Part shown: piece after piece, positions 36,765-44,866 of the stretch | Numbering within the stretch: position 1 is the stretch's first letter | How the letters are laid out: the number at the start of each line of letters is the position of its first letter | Source: an uncultured Candidatus Saccharibacteria bacterium | GTDB taxonomy: Bacteria > Patescibacteriota > JAUYIX01 | Length of the DNA stretch: 60,679 nucleotides | Direction of reading: 5' to 3' | Assembly: GCA_964435075.1 (NCBI GenBank) | Contig: CAYSXT010000001.1 | Location: forward strand, 1-60,679 | Notes under the pieces: generated by a model | Databases searched by the model: none | Seen by the model: only the letters and a program-made list of their open reading frames with translations | What the model was told of the DNA's origin: nothing | Made by a program: the position numbers and the translations under genes

Positions 36765-37154
36765 TTATGTTTTCTCAGAGGCAGCTCTTCGACCTGAACC
36801 CATAGTTATTCGAACATTTCCTCTGACCGTTCTTGAATTACGTCGCGTACTTTGACCTCTAGCTGGCAGATGACGCGTATGTCTGGTGCCTCTAAAACTA
36901 TTAATTTCTTTTAAGCGTCTGATGTTCATCTGTGTCTCTCGTCTAAGATCACCCTCTACACGAAACTCTTTTTCGATATATGTCTTAAGTTTATTTTCTT
37001 GCTCGCGTGTTAAATCTTTAGCTTTTATATCGCGATCAATACTTACTTTATCTAAAATTTCATTCGACCTAGAAAGACCAATACCATAAACATATGTGAG
37101 AGCTATCTCCATACGCTTTAGTGGTGGCAAATTAACTCCTGATATACGCGCCAT
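36765..37154 (-). CDS. rpsM: 30S ribosomal protein S13
   Basis: 129 aa starting MARISGVNLP, typical of S13. Confidence 0.95.
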   Translation of the reverse strand: MARISGVNLPPLKRMEIALTYVYGIGLSRSNEILDKVSIDRDIKAKDLTREQENKLKTYIEKEFRVEGDLRRETQMNIRRLKEINSFRGTRHTRHLPARGQSTRRNSRTVRGNVRITMGSGRRAASEKT

Positions 37155-37156
37155 AA

Positions 37157-37270
37157 CTATCCTTGTCTTTGCTTATGTCTTGCATTCTTACAAACCACTA
37201 CTAATCGACCCCGTCTTTTGACAATCTTACACTTTTCACAAATTTTTTTAACTGAAGCTTTTACTTTCAT
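37157..37270 (-). CDS. rpmJ: 50S ribosomal protein L36
   Basis: Below the ORF-track size cutoff. The reverse complement reads [37 protein letters not shown] plus a stop. It sits in the canonical position between infA and rpsM. Confidence 0.9.
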   Translation of the reverse strand: MKVKASVKKICEKCKIVKRRGRLVVVCKNARHKQRQG

Positions 37271-37275
37271 GTGGT

Positions 37276-37572
37276 TTATTTTTCTCTTCTTGTTATGCGA
37301 CCTTTTGTCAGGTCGTAAGGTGTCATTTGTACTGTAACACCATCTCCTGCAAGCACTTTTATGTGATTTAAGCGCATTCTGCCCGATAAGTGAGCCAAGA
37401 TTTCTTGACCACTGTTCAAGCTCACCCTGTAAAGGGAATTAGGTAGAACTTCGTCTACTGTTCCTTGGACCTCAAGGACGTCAGTTCGCTTTTTGTTCTC
37501 CCTGGCTGCCCTCCGGTCTCTATTGGACCCAGAATTCTTCTTTTTTTTATAATACTGTTTTGATTTCGGCAA
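37276..37572 (-). CDS. infA: translation initiation factor IF-1 with about 25-aa basic N-terminal extension
   Basis: S1/OB core [18 protein letters not shown]...[33 protein letters not shown]. The only in-frame start upstream of the core is the TTG at 37572. Confidence 0.88.
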   Translation of the reverse strand: MPKSKQYYKKKKNSGSNRDRRAARENKKRTDVLEVQGTVDEVLPNSLYRVSLNSGQEILAHLSGRMRLNHIKVLAGDGVTVQMTPYDLTKGRITRREK

Positions 37573-37622
37573 TGAAGTCTGTGGATAATGACAATAATAA
37601 AATACTAAGTCAAGACCAAAAG

Positions 37623-37651
37623 AGAATACGATATCAGACTATAAGTGTCAA
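37623..37651 (-). promoter_or_regulatory. possible promoter of infA-rpmJ-rpsM-rpsK-rpsD-rpoA-rplQ-rplM-rpsI
   Basis: The minus strand reads TTGACA (37651..37646), 17 nt, TATTCT (37628..37623), leaving about a 50-nt leader to the TTG start. Confidence 0.4.
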
Positions 37652-37654
37652 CCC

Positions 37655-39439
37655 TTAATTATAGCGAAATTTCAGCCTCTTATGACTGCTAGGCAATGAT
37701 CTACGCCAAAAAGGAGTAATTGACACTTTAGCCTCCTGTATCTCATTCATGCTGTTTAGGGCATCCAAAGCCTCTTTCTTTGCTAATCCTGCTATTTCTG
37801 TTCTCAGTTTATCCTCATCAAAATTGAAAACGGCCTCTTGTTCACCTTTAACCTCTAAAATTAACCTTTTTTGCCTAAAATCAATTTCTTTGAAGCTATA
37901 GCTAATCTTCGTTTCATCTTTGTTAATAAGCTCTTGATTATCGTTTAACGTAGCCTCTAGCTCGGCCAGAATCTTGTCTTCAACTTCCGTGGAGTTATTC
38001 ACTATCGCCTGTCCACTAACTTTAAGCTTAATTTCTACTTTTTCAGCCTCTGTGCCGACTAAAACACTTGATTCAGGCGAACCCACATTAATTTTTTCTG
38101 CACCTTCCACAATTTCTTGATCATCACCAACCTGCTCAGCGATTTTGGCTTTAACTTTTGGCTTAAGCTCGTTGTCTAACTCCTCTTTTGCTTTATCAAC
38201 ATCCTCCGCGGTTAAAATTGTAACTGTTTCTAAAGTTCCACCGCTAGTTGCCGATTGGCTGGTGGCAGTTACTTTAGCCTGTTCCTCAGCAGATAAACCT
38301 CCGATAGTGAATGAAGTTGGACCAATATTGTATTGCTCACCAAATGTATCAGCAACTATTCCGGCCGTTACAGTCCCAGGCACTGTTTTACCTTTCTCTA
38401 CTTTTGCTCCGGGTACAGTTACTTGTGACGTAAAACGAAATATAAGACCCTCGGATGTGATCAGGTCCGTTCCTACACCTAAGCCCCTAGGTTTATCAGA
38501 ATATGAGTTGCTTATGACGATGGAACCTACTGCCTTTTCGCCAGTCTCTTTTTCTCCAGTAGGCTTAATCGACTTTTTGCCCTCCTCGCTGACATCGATT
38601 AGCTTGCCACTAACTTCTTTCTTATTAGTATCTGGTTCAGGTTTTACAGTTAATTCAGTATCTAAAGTCATTAATTCTTTATTGGCATCAATTGTCACTG
38701 TAGCTCCCGCAAATCCAAATGTTAGGACCAGAAATGCCAGAACAGTCACCCCACCTGCAACTAAACCGATTATTTTCCAAGGCCACTTTGGCAATAGTCT
38801 GACTTTTTGTCGTAAAGGTTTTTGATTTCCAGACATATGTCCAGCTACTTGTCTCGGTTTTTTGTTTAAAACACTTTTCGGTGTCGCATTGACTTCTTGC
38901 TTAATTATTTTTGTCCTGGTCGGCACTGTTCTAACAGGTTTTACTGGTACTGACCGACTTGCTTTGGAGCTCCCCTTGGATGAATACGCTAAACTAGAGC
39001 CTTGATTCCGTGCTGCTCGCTCAGCCTCTACCACTGCTCTTAGCCCCTTCCTTTTTGGTTCTGGCTCTGGTCCACTTATGGCACTAGAACCATTCTCAGA
39101 ACTATTTCTGTACTCCTTAATCGTGACACTATTGTCTTGACTAGCAATATGTTTTGGTGCAGTAATCAATTTGCCATTGAGACTAGTTTTAACGGCAAAG
39201 CCTGACTTTAAAGCAAGATTTAGACCAGTTTCATCTTTAGTAACAATAACAACCTTTTTCTTTAACCGACTAGCTGCCTTCTTAAGCAGTCTAAGATTCA
39301 CAATGCTTCTTAAAACTATGGCTCCTTTTGGTATAACCAGCGTTGCTTCTTGTCCCTGAGCATTGCCTAACTTATCAATGACAGAAGTAATTTCATCGTC
39401 AACATCTAGGTATATGGTTTGTAGCTTATCCTCAGACAC
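37655..39439 (-). CDS. bitopic membrane protein of unknown function (cytoplasmic globular domain, disordered S/P/K linker, TM, about 345-aa external beta-rich domain)
   Basis: 594 aa with a GTG start 3 nt after the ftsA stop. The TM is WKIIGLVAGGVTVLAFLVLTFGFAGA (nt 38705..38779). No motif I can assign. Confidence 0.8.
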   Translation of the reverse strand: MSEDKLQTIYLDVDDEITSVIDKLGNAQGQEATLVIPKGAIVLRSIVNLRLLKKAASRLKKKVVIVTKDETGLNLALKSGFAVKTSLNGKLITAPKHIASQDNSVTIKEYRNSSENGSSAISGPEPEPKRKGLRAVVEAERAARNQGSSLAYSSKGSSKASRSVPVKPVRTVPTRTKIIKQEVNATPKSVLNKKPRQVAGHMSGNQKPLRQKVRLLPKWPWKIIGLVAGGVTVLAFLVLTFGFAGATVTIDANKELMTLDTELTVKPEPDTNKKEVSGKLIDVSEEGKKSIKPTGEKETGEKAVGSIVISNSYSDKPRGLGVGTDLITSEGLIFRFTSQVTVPGAKVEKGKTVPGTVTAGIVADTFGEQYNIGPTSFTIGGLSAEEQAKVTATSQSATSGGTLETVTILTAEDVDKAKEELDNELKPKVKAKIAEQVGDDQEIVEGAEKINVGSPESSVLVGTEAEKVEIKLKVSGQAIVNNSTEVEDKILAELEATLNDNQELINKDETKISYSFKEIDFRQKRLILEVKGEQEAVFNFDEDKLRTEIAGLAKKEALDALNSMNEIQEAKVSITPFWRRSLPSSHKRLKFRYN

Positions 39440-39442
39440 GAC

Positions 39443-40708
39443 TTAATTTTGCAAAAGTTTAACCACTTTTTTAAGTAAACCAGCTGTCATTTCTTCCTCA
39501 CCTGCTAGGTCAATAGCCAGATTAGCCAAGCCCATCGGTGTAATATCATCCTGGCCCTTTAACAATCCCGTATTATCACTAATGGTTTTTACATCCCCTG
39601 GACTAATAAATTTAATAACTGGTTTCTTAGAAAACGGTAGGCGCTTATACCAGTCGCTGCTCTCAAGTATATCTTTTAATTCCGGCAAATAAGATCCTCC
39701 GCCACACATTAAGATCCTGCTAGGTAATAAATCCATATCCTCGAACTCTGCCAATGAAATCTCAATTCCGTCGCGCCAAACTTGGGCGTCTTTCCGCAAA
39801 GCACTCTGCACTTTTTCTTTTTTTTCACCAGTAAGTTTACCGGCTGAATAATCTAATTTTATTTTTTCTGCTTCTTCAAATGAGGTGCCCAGTACGTCAG
39901 AGAGTCTTTTGGTAAAGGCTCTTCCGCCCAGAGCGAACATCCGTGTGCCTTCAATACCACCGTTACTGACAACCGCAATATCAGTTGTGCCACCACCAAC
40001 ATCAATAAATATTGCACTAAACTCTCCAGCCTCTTCTAGACCGATTGAGCGAGCGACGGCGTATGGTTCCGCGGCTATATTGAGAAGGTCTAAACTAAGC
40101 TCGGCAGCTATAGATTGTAAGGCTCCTAAATGAACTAGTGGTGCATAGGCATTAAAGATTACTATCTTCATATCCTTACCCTGAAAACCAATCGGATTTG
40201 TTACCCGATGGCCATCAATAGTCACGTCTACAAGTACTGCATTAATTAGTTTAACGTCGATCTCGTTAAGACCCGTCTCGTCGGCAAGCTGCTTTCTTAC
40301 TTTGTCAAAAGCTTTCCACTGGACTTTATGCAAAATATTTTTTAACTCAGGTAAATCAATCTTGGTCTGAGGTCTTGCTCTTTGATACCTGACTGTGGTC
40401 GTTGTCCCTTTTACAAGTTCACCAGCTATTCCGAGTATAACTTGCTCTGGCTGTACACCGGCCTGCTGTACCGCTTCTTCTATAGCGTCTGCTGAGTTTC
40501 TGACAACGCCGGCAATATCAGCAATTGCACCAGAATGCATATCGCCAAGCGTTTGTGGCTTTCTGCCAACGCCTAAAACACGGCCCTTCTGCATGTCAGG
40601 GTCCAATTCCACCACCAACGCCTTAACAACAGCCGTACCAATATCCAGGGCTATCACATGCGGCCCCTGAACCTGTTCTGGCTTCTTATTACGGGAAAAT
40701 AATTTCAT
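39443..40708 (-). CDS. ftsA: cell division actin homologue FtsA
   Basis: 421 aa with ALDIGTAVVKA and IDVGGGTTDIAVV, a subdomain-1C-like insert, and a C-terminal amphipathic helix (TAGLLKKVVKLLQN) like the FtsA membrane-targeting sequence. Confidence 0.82.
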   Translation of the reverse strand: MKLFSRNKKPEQVQGPHVIALDIGTAVVKALVVELDPDMQKGRVLGVGRKPQTLGDMHSGAIADIAGVVRNSADAIEEAVQQAGVQPEQVILGIAGELVKGTTTTVRYQRARPQTKIDLPELKNILHKVQWKAFDKVRKQLADETGLNEIDVKLINAVLVDVTIDGHRVTNPIGFQGKDMKIVIFNAYAPLVHLGALQSIAAELSLDLLNIAAEPYAVARSIGLEEAGEFSAIFIDVGGGTTDIAVVSNGGIEGTRMFALGGRAFTKRLSDVLGTSFEEAEKIKLDYSAGKLTGEKKEKVQSALRKDAQVWRDGIEISLAEFEDMDLLPSRILMCGGGSYLPELKDILESSDWYKRLPFSKKPVIKFISPGDVKTISDNTGLLKGQDDITPMGLANLAIDLAGEEEMTAGLLKKVVKLLQN

Positions 40709-40771
40709 AGCTATCCCTATAGAATAGCCTAATTAATACCCCAAAAGCCACCAATATTTGTTTATTAAAGA

Positions 40772-42568
40772 CTAAGATTGGCCGTTCTTAAGGGCTTTAT
40801 CGCCAACTATAGCTTTAATTCTCCTGATTCCGGCAGAACTAGATTTTTCCTTCGTGATAATAAACTTCTTAATATCGCTTGTATTAGACACATGTGGTCC
40901 TCCACAAAGTTCCTTTGAGTACATTTTGCCGTTTTCTTCCACAGAACATACCTGCACCTTATCTCCATATTTTTCCTCAAAAAGTCCTAGAGCACCAAAC
41001 TTTTTTGCCTCAGCTAGGGGCATTATATTTAATTTTACGGGTAGCGCTGCCTTAATTTTTGAGTTTACTATTTCCTCTACTTTTTTCTTCTCTTCATTGG
41101 ACATTTTTTCTCCATGACGAAAATCAAAAGATAGCTCATCGTCAAAAAGTCTAGAACCAGCCTGCGTTACATGCTCACCTAAAACGTCTCTCAAAGCTTG
41201 CTGTAACAGATGAGTTGCCGTGTGAGCTTTTTTTACTTCTTCGCCCTGACCACCACCTTTGCGCTCAAATTTACTACGCGCTCCTATCCGGGAGATTTCC
41301 TGGTGTTTTTTAAGGGATTCCGTGTAACCTTTTTTATCAAAACTAATTTTTCTCTCTGCCGCCAACTCTTTAACAAGTTCTATAGGAAATCCGTAGGTCT
41401 GGAACAAATCAAACGCTGTCTTACCATTTAGAAAACCATCCGCTGTTTCTTTTTCAAATATTTTTAGACCACGAGCGAGTGTTTTTCTAAACTGACTTTC
41501 TTCTTTGTTTAGTTCTTCAATTATTTTGTTTTTATTTTCCTCTAGCTCCGGATAGAACTCCTTATATTCATTGATAACTACCAGAGCTAGTTCTCCTAAA
41601 ATTGTCTGACTATAGCCCAAGCGTTCGGCTTGTCTTATCGCTCGGCGAATGACTCTTCTTAAAATGTAGTCACGTCCGTTTTTCCCTGGGATTACTCCAT
41701 CGGCCAATAAGAATGCCGCACCACGAACATGATCAGCAATAATTCTAAATACTCTTTCATTATTGGCATACTCTTTTTTAGTAATCGTTTCAATCTTTGA
41801 CAATAAGTCCTTAAACAAATCTGTTTCAAAAATATTTTTTTTACCTTGTAAAACCATAGCAATTCGCTCCAAGCCAGCACCGGTATCAATATTTTTATTA
41901 GGCAAATCAGACAGAATACCGTCTTCAGCACAAAAATTTTGCATAAAGACTAAGTTCCACAATTCTAAAAAACGACCACAGTCACAATTAGGACCACAGT
42001 CATGACTTTTCTTAATGCTTGAAAATTCTTCTCCACGATCATAATGGAGTTCAGAACTAGGACCACAAGGACCGGATTCGCCAGGTGGGCCCCAAAAGTT
42101 ACTTTCTTTACCCAAGGCGATAATGCGATCCGGGCTAACCCCTATTTTTTTCCAAATCTTTTCAGCCTCAATATCACGTTCAACTTGATCTTCGCCAGAA
42201 AATATTGTCACCCATAATTTTTCAGGCGATATTTTAAGATTAACTGTAAAAAATTCCCAAGCCCATTTGATAGCATCCTCTTTAAAATAATCCCCTACAG
42301 AAAAATTACCCAACATCTCAAAGAATGTGTTATGCGATTCGTCGCCTACTTCATCAATATCAGGCGTACGAAAACATTTTTGACTTGATGTAAACCTGGT
42401 AACCTTTGTCGTCTTGTCCCCTAAAAAATAAGGAATAAACTGTTGCATGCCAGCCGTTGTCAGTAATACAGTCGGATCAGCACTAACCAGTGATGATGAT
42501 TTTTTTAATGTATGCCCCCTCTTAACAAAGAAATCAAGAAAGGACGAACGAATTTCACTGGATTGCAT
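40772..42568 (-). CDS. alaS: alanine--tRNA ligase, short form lacking the C-terminal (C-Ala) domain
   Basis: The start is taken at MQSSEIRSSFLDFF (ATG 42568). It has a class II catalytic core and editing-domain motifs HTATHLL and CGGPHV, and ends about 40 aa after the latter. Confidence 0.92.
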   Translation of the reverse strand: MQSSEIRSSFLDFFVKRGHTLKKSSSLVSADPTVLLTTAGMQQFIPYFLGDKTTKVTRFTSSQKCFRTPDIDEVGDESHNTFFEMLGNFSVGDYFKEDAIKWAWEFFTVNLKISPEKLWVTIFSGEDQVERDIEAEKIWKKIGVSPDRIIALGKESNFWGPPGESGPCGPSSELHYDRGEEFSSIKKSHDCGPNCDCGRFLELWNLVFMQNFCAEDGILSDLPNKNIDTGAGLERIAMVLQGKKNIFETDLFKDLLSKIETITKKEYANNERVFRIIADHVRGAAFLLADGVIPGKNGRDYILRRVIRRAIRQAERLGYSQTILGELALVVINEYKEFYPELEENKNKIIEELNKEESQFRKTLARGLKIFEKETADGFLNGKTAFDLFQTYGFPIELVKELAAERKISFDKKGYTESLKKHQEISRIGARSKFERKGGGQGEEVKKAHTATHLLQQALRDVLGEHVTQAGSRLFDDELSFDFRHGEKMSNEEKKKVEEIVNSKIKAALPVKLNIMPLAEAKKFGALGLFEEKYGDKVQVCSVEENGKMYSKELCGGPHVSNTSDIKKFIITKEKSSSAGIRRIKAIVGDKALKNGQS

Positions 42569-42578
42569 ACCACTAAAA

Positions 42579-43682
42579 CTAAGCGGCCTTAGGCAATCTT
42601 GCAAGCCGTATACCCTGCCGATTAAGTGAGGAACTTAATTGCTGCAGTTTTTTTACTGAATCATTCCCTGACGCGGCTGATTCTATTTTATTTTCCAATT
42701 GATTTAACTCTCTTAGTTGAGCCTCGTAGGATGGTAATTCACTATCGAGATTTTTTAACTCAGCCTTGAGTTTTCTTACTTGATCTGCAGCTTCTTTAAA
42801 ACCCTTTTTGTTTTCTTGTAGTTCTTGACGTTCCGCTCTGAGTTTAAACTCCAAGACAGTGCCTTGGCTGTTTAATTTTTTGAGATCACTTTTATTTTTC
42901 TTTTTATTCTCATCCCTGGCCATACTTTGGAGCGTTCTACTCTCTTGCTCAGTATTATGTAAATCTTGCTCAATTTTTCTAAGCTCCGTCTGATCTTTTT
43001 GCGCTGCCCGCCGATATACATCCGCCTCCTTCTGCAGATTTCTCATCTCTATTCTATGATTTTTTATAGTAGCTAATATTTTATCAACAGCCTGACTTAA
43101 ATTATTTTGCTTGCTATCTATATCTCTTAACACTTGATTAACTACTAGATCAATCTGTCTCGATTTTTTTGACTGCAAACGGCGATGTTTTAAAGCTTCC
43201 TCTTGTTTGGCGAGTATCTCTTTTCTCTTGTTCTCCTGCTCTTGCTTTATTTCTTCTCGACGTGCTTTTTTTTCGTTTTCATATTTTTGTTGTTTTTTCT
43301 TTAGGGCTTCTGCACGCTCTAACCTTTTTTTGTTCGCAGCTTCTCGCTCTGCTTGACGCCTAATTTCAAGTGAATTTTTTGATAAAGCTTTGGCATCTGC
43401 CAAGGCAGTCCTAGCTTCAATTTTTTGTTTTCGTGCTTGCCTGGCAACCACAGCGGCTGTAACATCTCGCCGTAATTTCAGCCCGGACTGCTTCATTGCC
43501 CTAACTTCTGCAGATTCAGCTAATACATCGTGTTGACGCTGAAAAACATCTTCACGAGTTAAAGCACCCCGCTTTTTTTTGCCCAGTTCACGCTTTTTGA
43601 GTAAAACATCACCTGCAACTTTTGCGCTTTTTTGTCTAGCTAACCTGCCGCCCTTTTTAGCTTTTGATTGTCGCGTATTCAT
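42579..43682 (-). CDS. highly charged K/R/E/Q-rich coiled-coil protein, unknown function
   Basis: 367-aa ORF that is almost entirely predicted helix, with no TM. It overlaps the mnmA 3' end by 26 nt and stops 10 nt before alaS. Confidence 0.7.
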   Translation of the reverse strand: MNTRQSKAKKGGRLARQKSAKVAGDVLLKKRELGKKKRGALTREDVFQRQHDVLAESAEVRAMKQSGLKLRRDVTAAVVARQARKQKIEARTALADAKALSKNSLEIRRQAEREAANKKRLERAEALKKKQQKYENEKKARREEIKQEQENKRKEILAKQEEALKHRRLQSKKSRQIDLVVNQVLRDIDSKQNNLSQAVDKILATIKNHRIEMRNLQKEADVYRRAAQKDQTELRKIEQDLHNTEQESRTLQSMARDENKKKNKSDLKKLNSQGTVLEFKLRAERQELQENKKGFKEAADQVRKLKAELKNLDSELPSYEAQLRELNQLENKIESAASGNDSVKKLQQLSSSLNRQGIRLARLPKAA

Positions 43683-44835
43683 TCTGGGAAGATTTTAATA
43701 CTTGTTTAGAAATATTCTTGATAATTCCTCCACCAATTACCTCCTCATTATCATACAACACTAATGATTGTCCCGTAGCCAATAGATCAATTTTAGCTTG
43801 TGGAATAGCTTGCCACCTACTACCAGACATCCTTAATTTTACCCTAAATAAAGCCTGAACATGCCTACCTCTAGCTTGATATATGTAATCCATTTTCGGC
43901 TCTGACCCCACAAAGCTTACTTGTTGCAGATCTATAATAGAGTTTGTCATATCAACTTCAGCAGGATTGTCAGTAACGACAAGCTTATTCTTTTTGACAT
44001 CCTTACTGACTACGTAGTGAGGTTTTTGGCCAAGAGCACCAAGTCCTCGTCTTTGGCCCAGAGTATAAAGTTCTGCCCCTTGGTGCTTACCCAGTTTATT
44101 TCCCTTTTTATCGGTTATGGTTCCAGATTTAGTAGTAATTTGGGTCTTTAAAAATTTTGCTACTTCACCCTTAGGAACAAAACAAACTTCCTGAGAATCA
44201 TGTTTGGAGGCTGTTGGAAGCCCCATCTTTTTGGCAAGGGCTCTTACTTCTGACTTTTGCATACCACCTAGAGGAAATAATATTTTATTCAATTCAGATT
44301 GCCCCAACCTGTAAAGAAAATAAGTCTGATCCTTTTGCCTATCATGCGCACGTAATAATTTCGCTTTTTTGTTTGGCGGAAGACAATCTATACTTTTCCA
44401 GCTATTTTGATGGTCTCTAATTGCATAATGACCAGTGGCTAAATAGTCCGCCTTGTATACATTAAGGGCCTTATTCAACATAGCCCCAAATCGTAATTTT
44501 GTATTACAAACTACGCAAGGATTTGGAGTCCTACCTGCTTTGTACTCCTCAATAAAATAATCGACTACTAATTTCTTAAAATCTTTAGATATGTCAGACC
44601 TAAAAAGCGGAATACCTAATTTCTTAGCAACTTTTTGCGCGTCTTGATACGCCTCGAGTGAACAACAGTTATTTTCCCAGGCCTTTCCTAATTTAGGTTC
44701 TGGCGACCAGAGTTCATAAAAAACACCCGAACAATCATAGCCCTGCTTACTTAACAGGGCAGCTGCTACAGAACTATCTACCCCGCCAGACATAGCGATT
44801 AATACTCTAGGACTGTTTTTTCGTTTACTAGACAT
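43657..44835 (-). CDS. mnmA: tRNA 2-thiouridine(34) synthase MnmA
   Basis: 392 aa with the PP-loop AMSGGVDSS and a conserved catalytic Cys context (NPCVVCN). Confidence 0.93.
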   Translation of the reverse strand: MSSKRKNSPRVLIAMSGGVDSSVAAALLSKQGYDCSGVFYELWSPEPKLGKAWENNCCSLEAYQDAQKVAKKLGIPLFRSDISKDFKKLVVDYFIEEYKAGRTPNPCVVCNTKLRFGAMLNKALNVYKADYLATGHYAIRDHQNSWKSIDCLPPNKKAKLLRAHDRQKDQTYFLYRLGQSELNKILFPLGGMQKSEVRALAKKMGLPTASKHDSQEVCFVPKGEVAKFLKTQITTKSGTITDKKGNKLGKHQGAELYTLGQRRGLGALGQKPHYVVSKDVKKNKLVVTDNPAEVDMTNSIIDLQQVSFVGSEPKMDYIYQARGRHVQALFRVKLRMSGSRWQAIPQAKIDLLATGQSLVLYDNEEVIGGGIIKNISKQVLKSSQNEYATIKS

Positions 44836-44851
44836 CCGGAAAATTCTACTG

Positions 44852-44857
44852 ATTATA
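44852..44857 (-). promoter_or_regulatory. consensus -10 box upstream of mnmA
   Basis: The minus strand reads TATAAT 16 nt before the mnmA ATG. The -35 region is poor (it falls in the ATPase stop region). Confidence 0.3.
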
Positions 44858-44866
44858 GCGGCTTAG

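Noticed and set aside
38145-38825. 226-aa plus-strand ORF, the longest unexplained ORF in the track.
   Set aside because: It is entirely nested antisense within the 594-aa gene. It is S/P/V/T/L-rich, which is typical of the reverse frame of a T/E/K/G-rich coding region, and it has no start context or promoter. The same reasoning applies to 7071..7538 (inside dnaB), 23467..23928 (inside mreC), 25347..25766 (inside rseP), 20988..21380 (inside PBP2) and the other short nested ORFs.
37655-39439. Faint resemblance of the external domain (PGTVTAGIVADTFGEQYNIGPTSF) to phage baseplate J/gp47-like sequences.
   Set aside because: The resemblance rests on one short stretch recalled from memory. There are no neighbouring phage or contractile-system genes, so it cannot be supported without a profile search.
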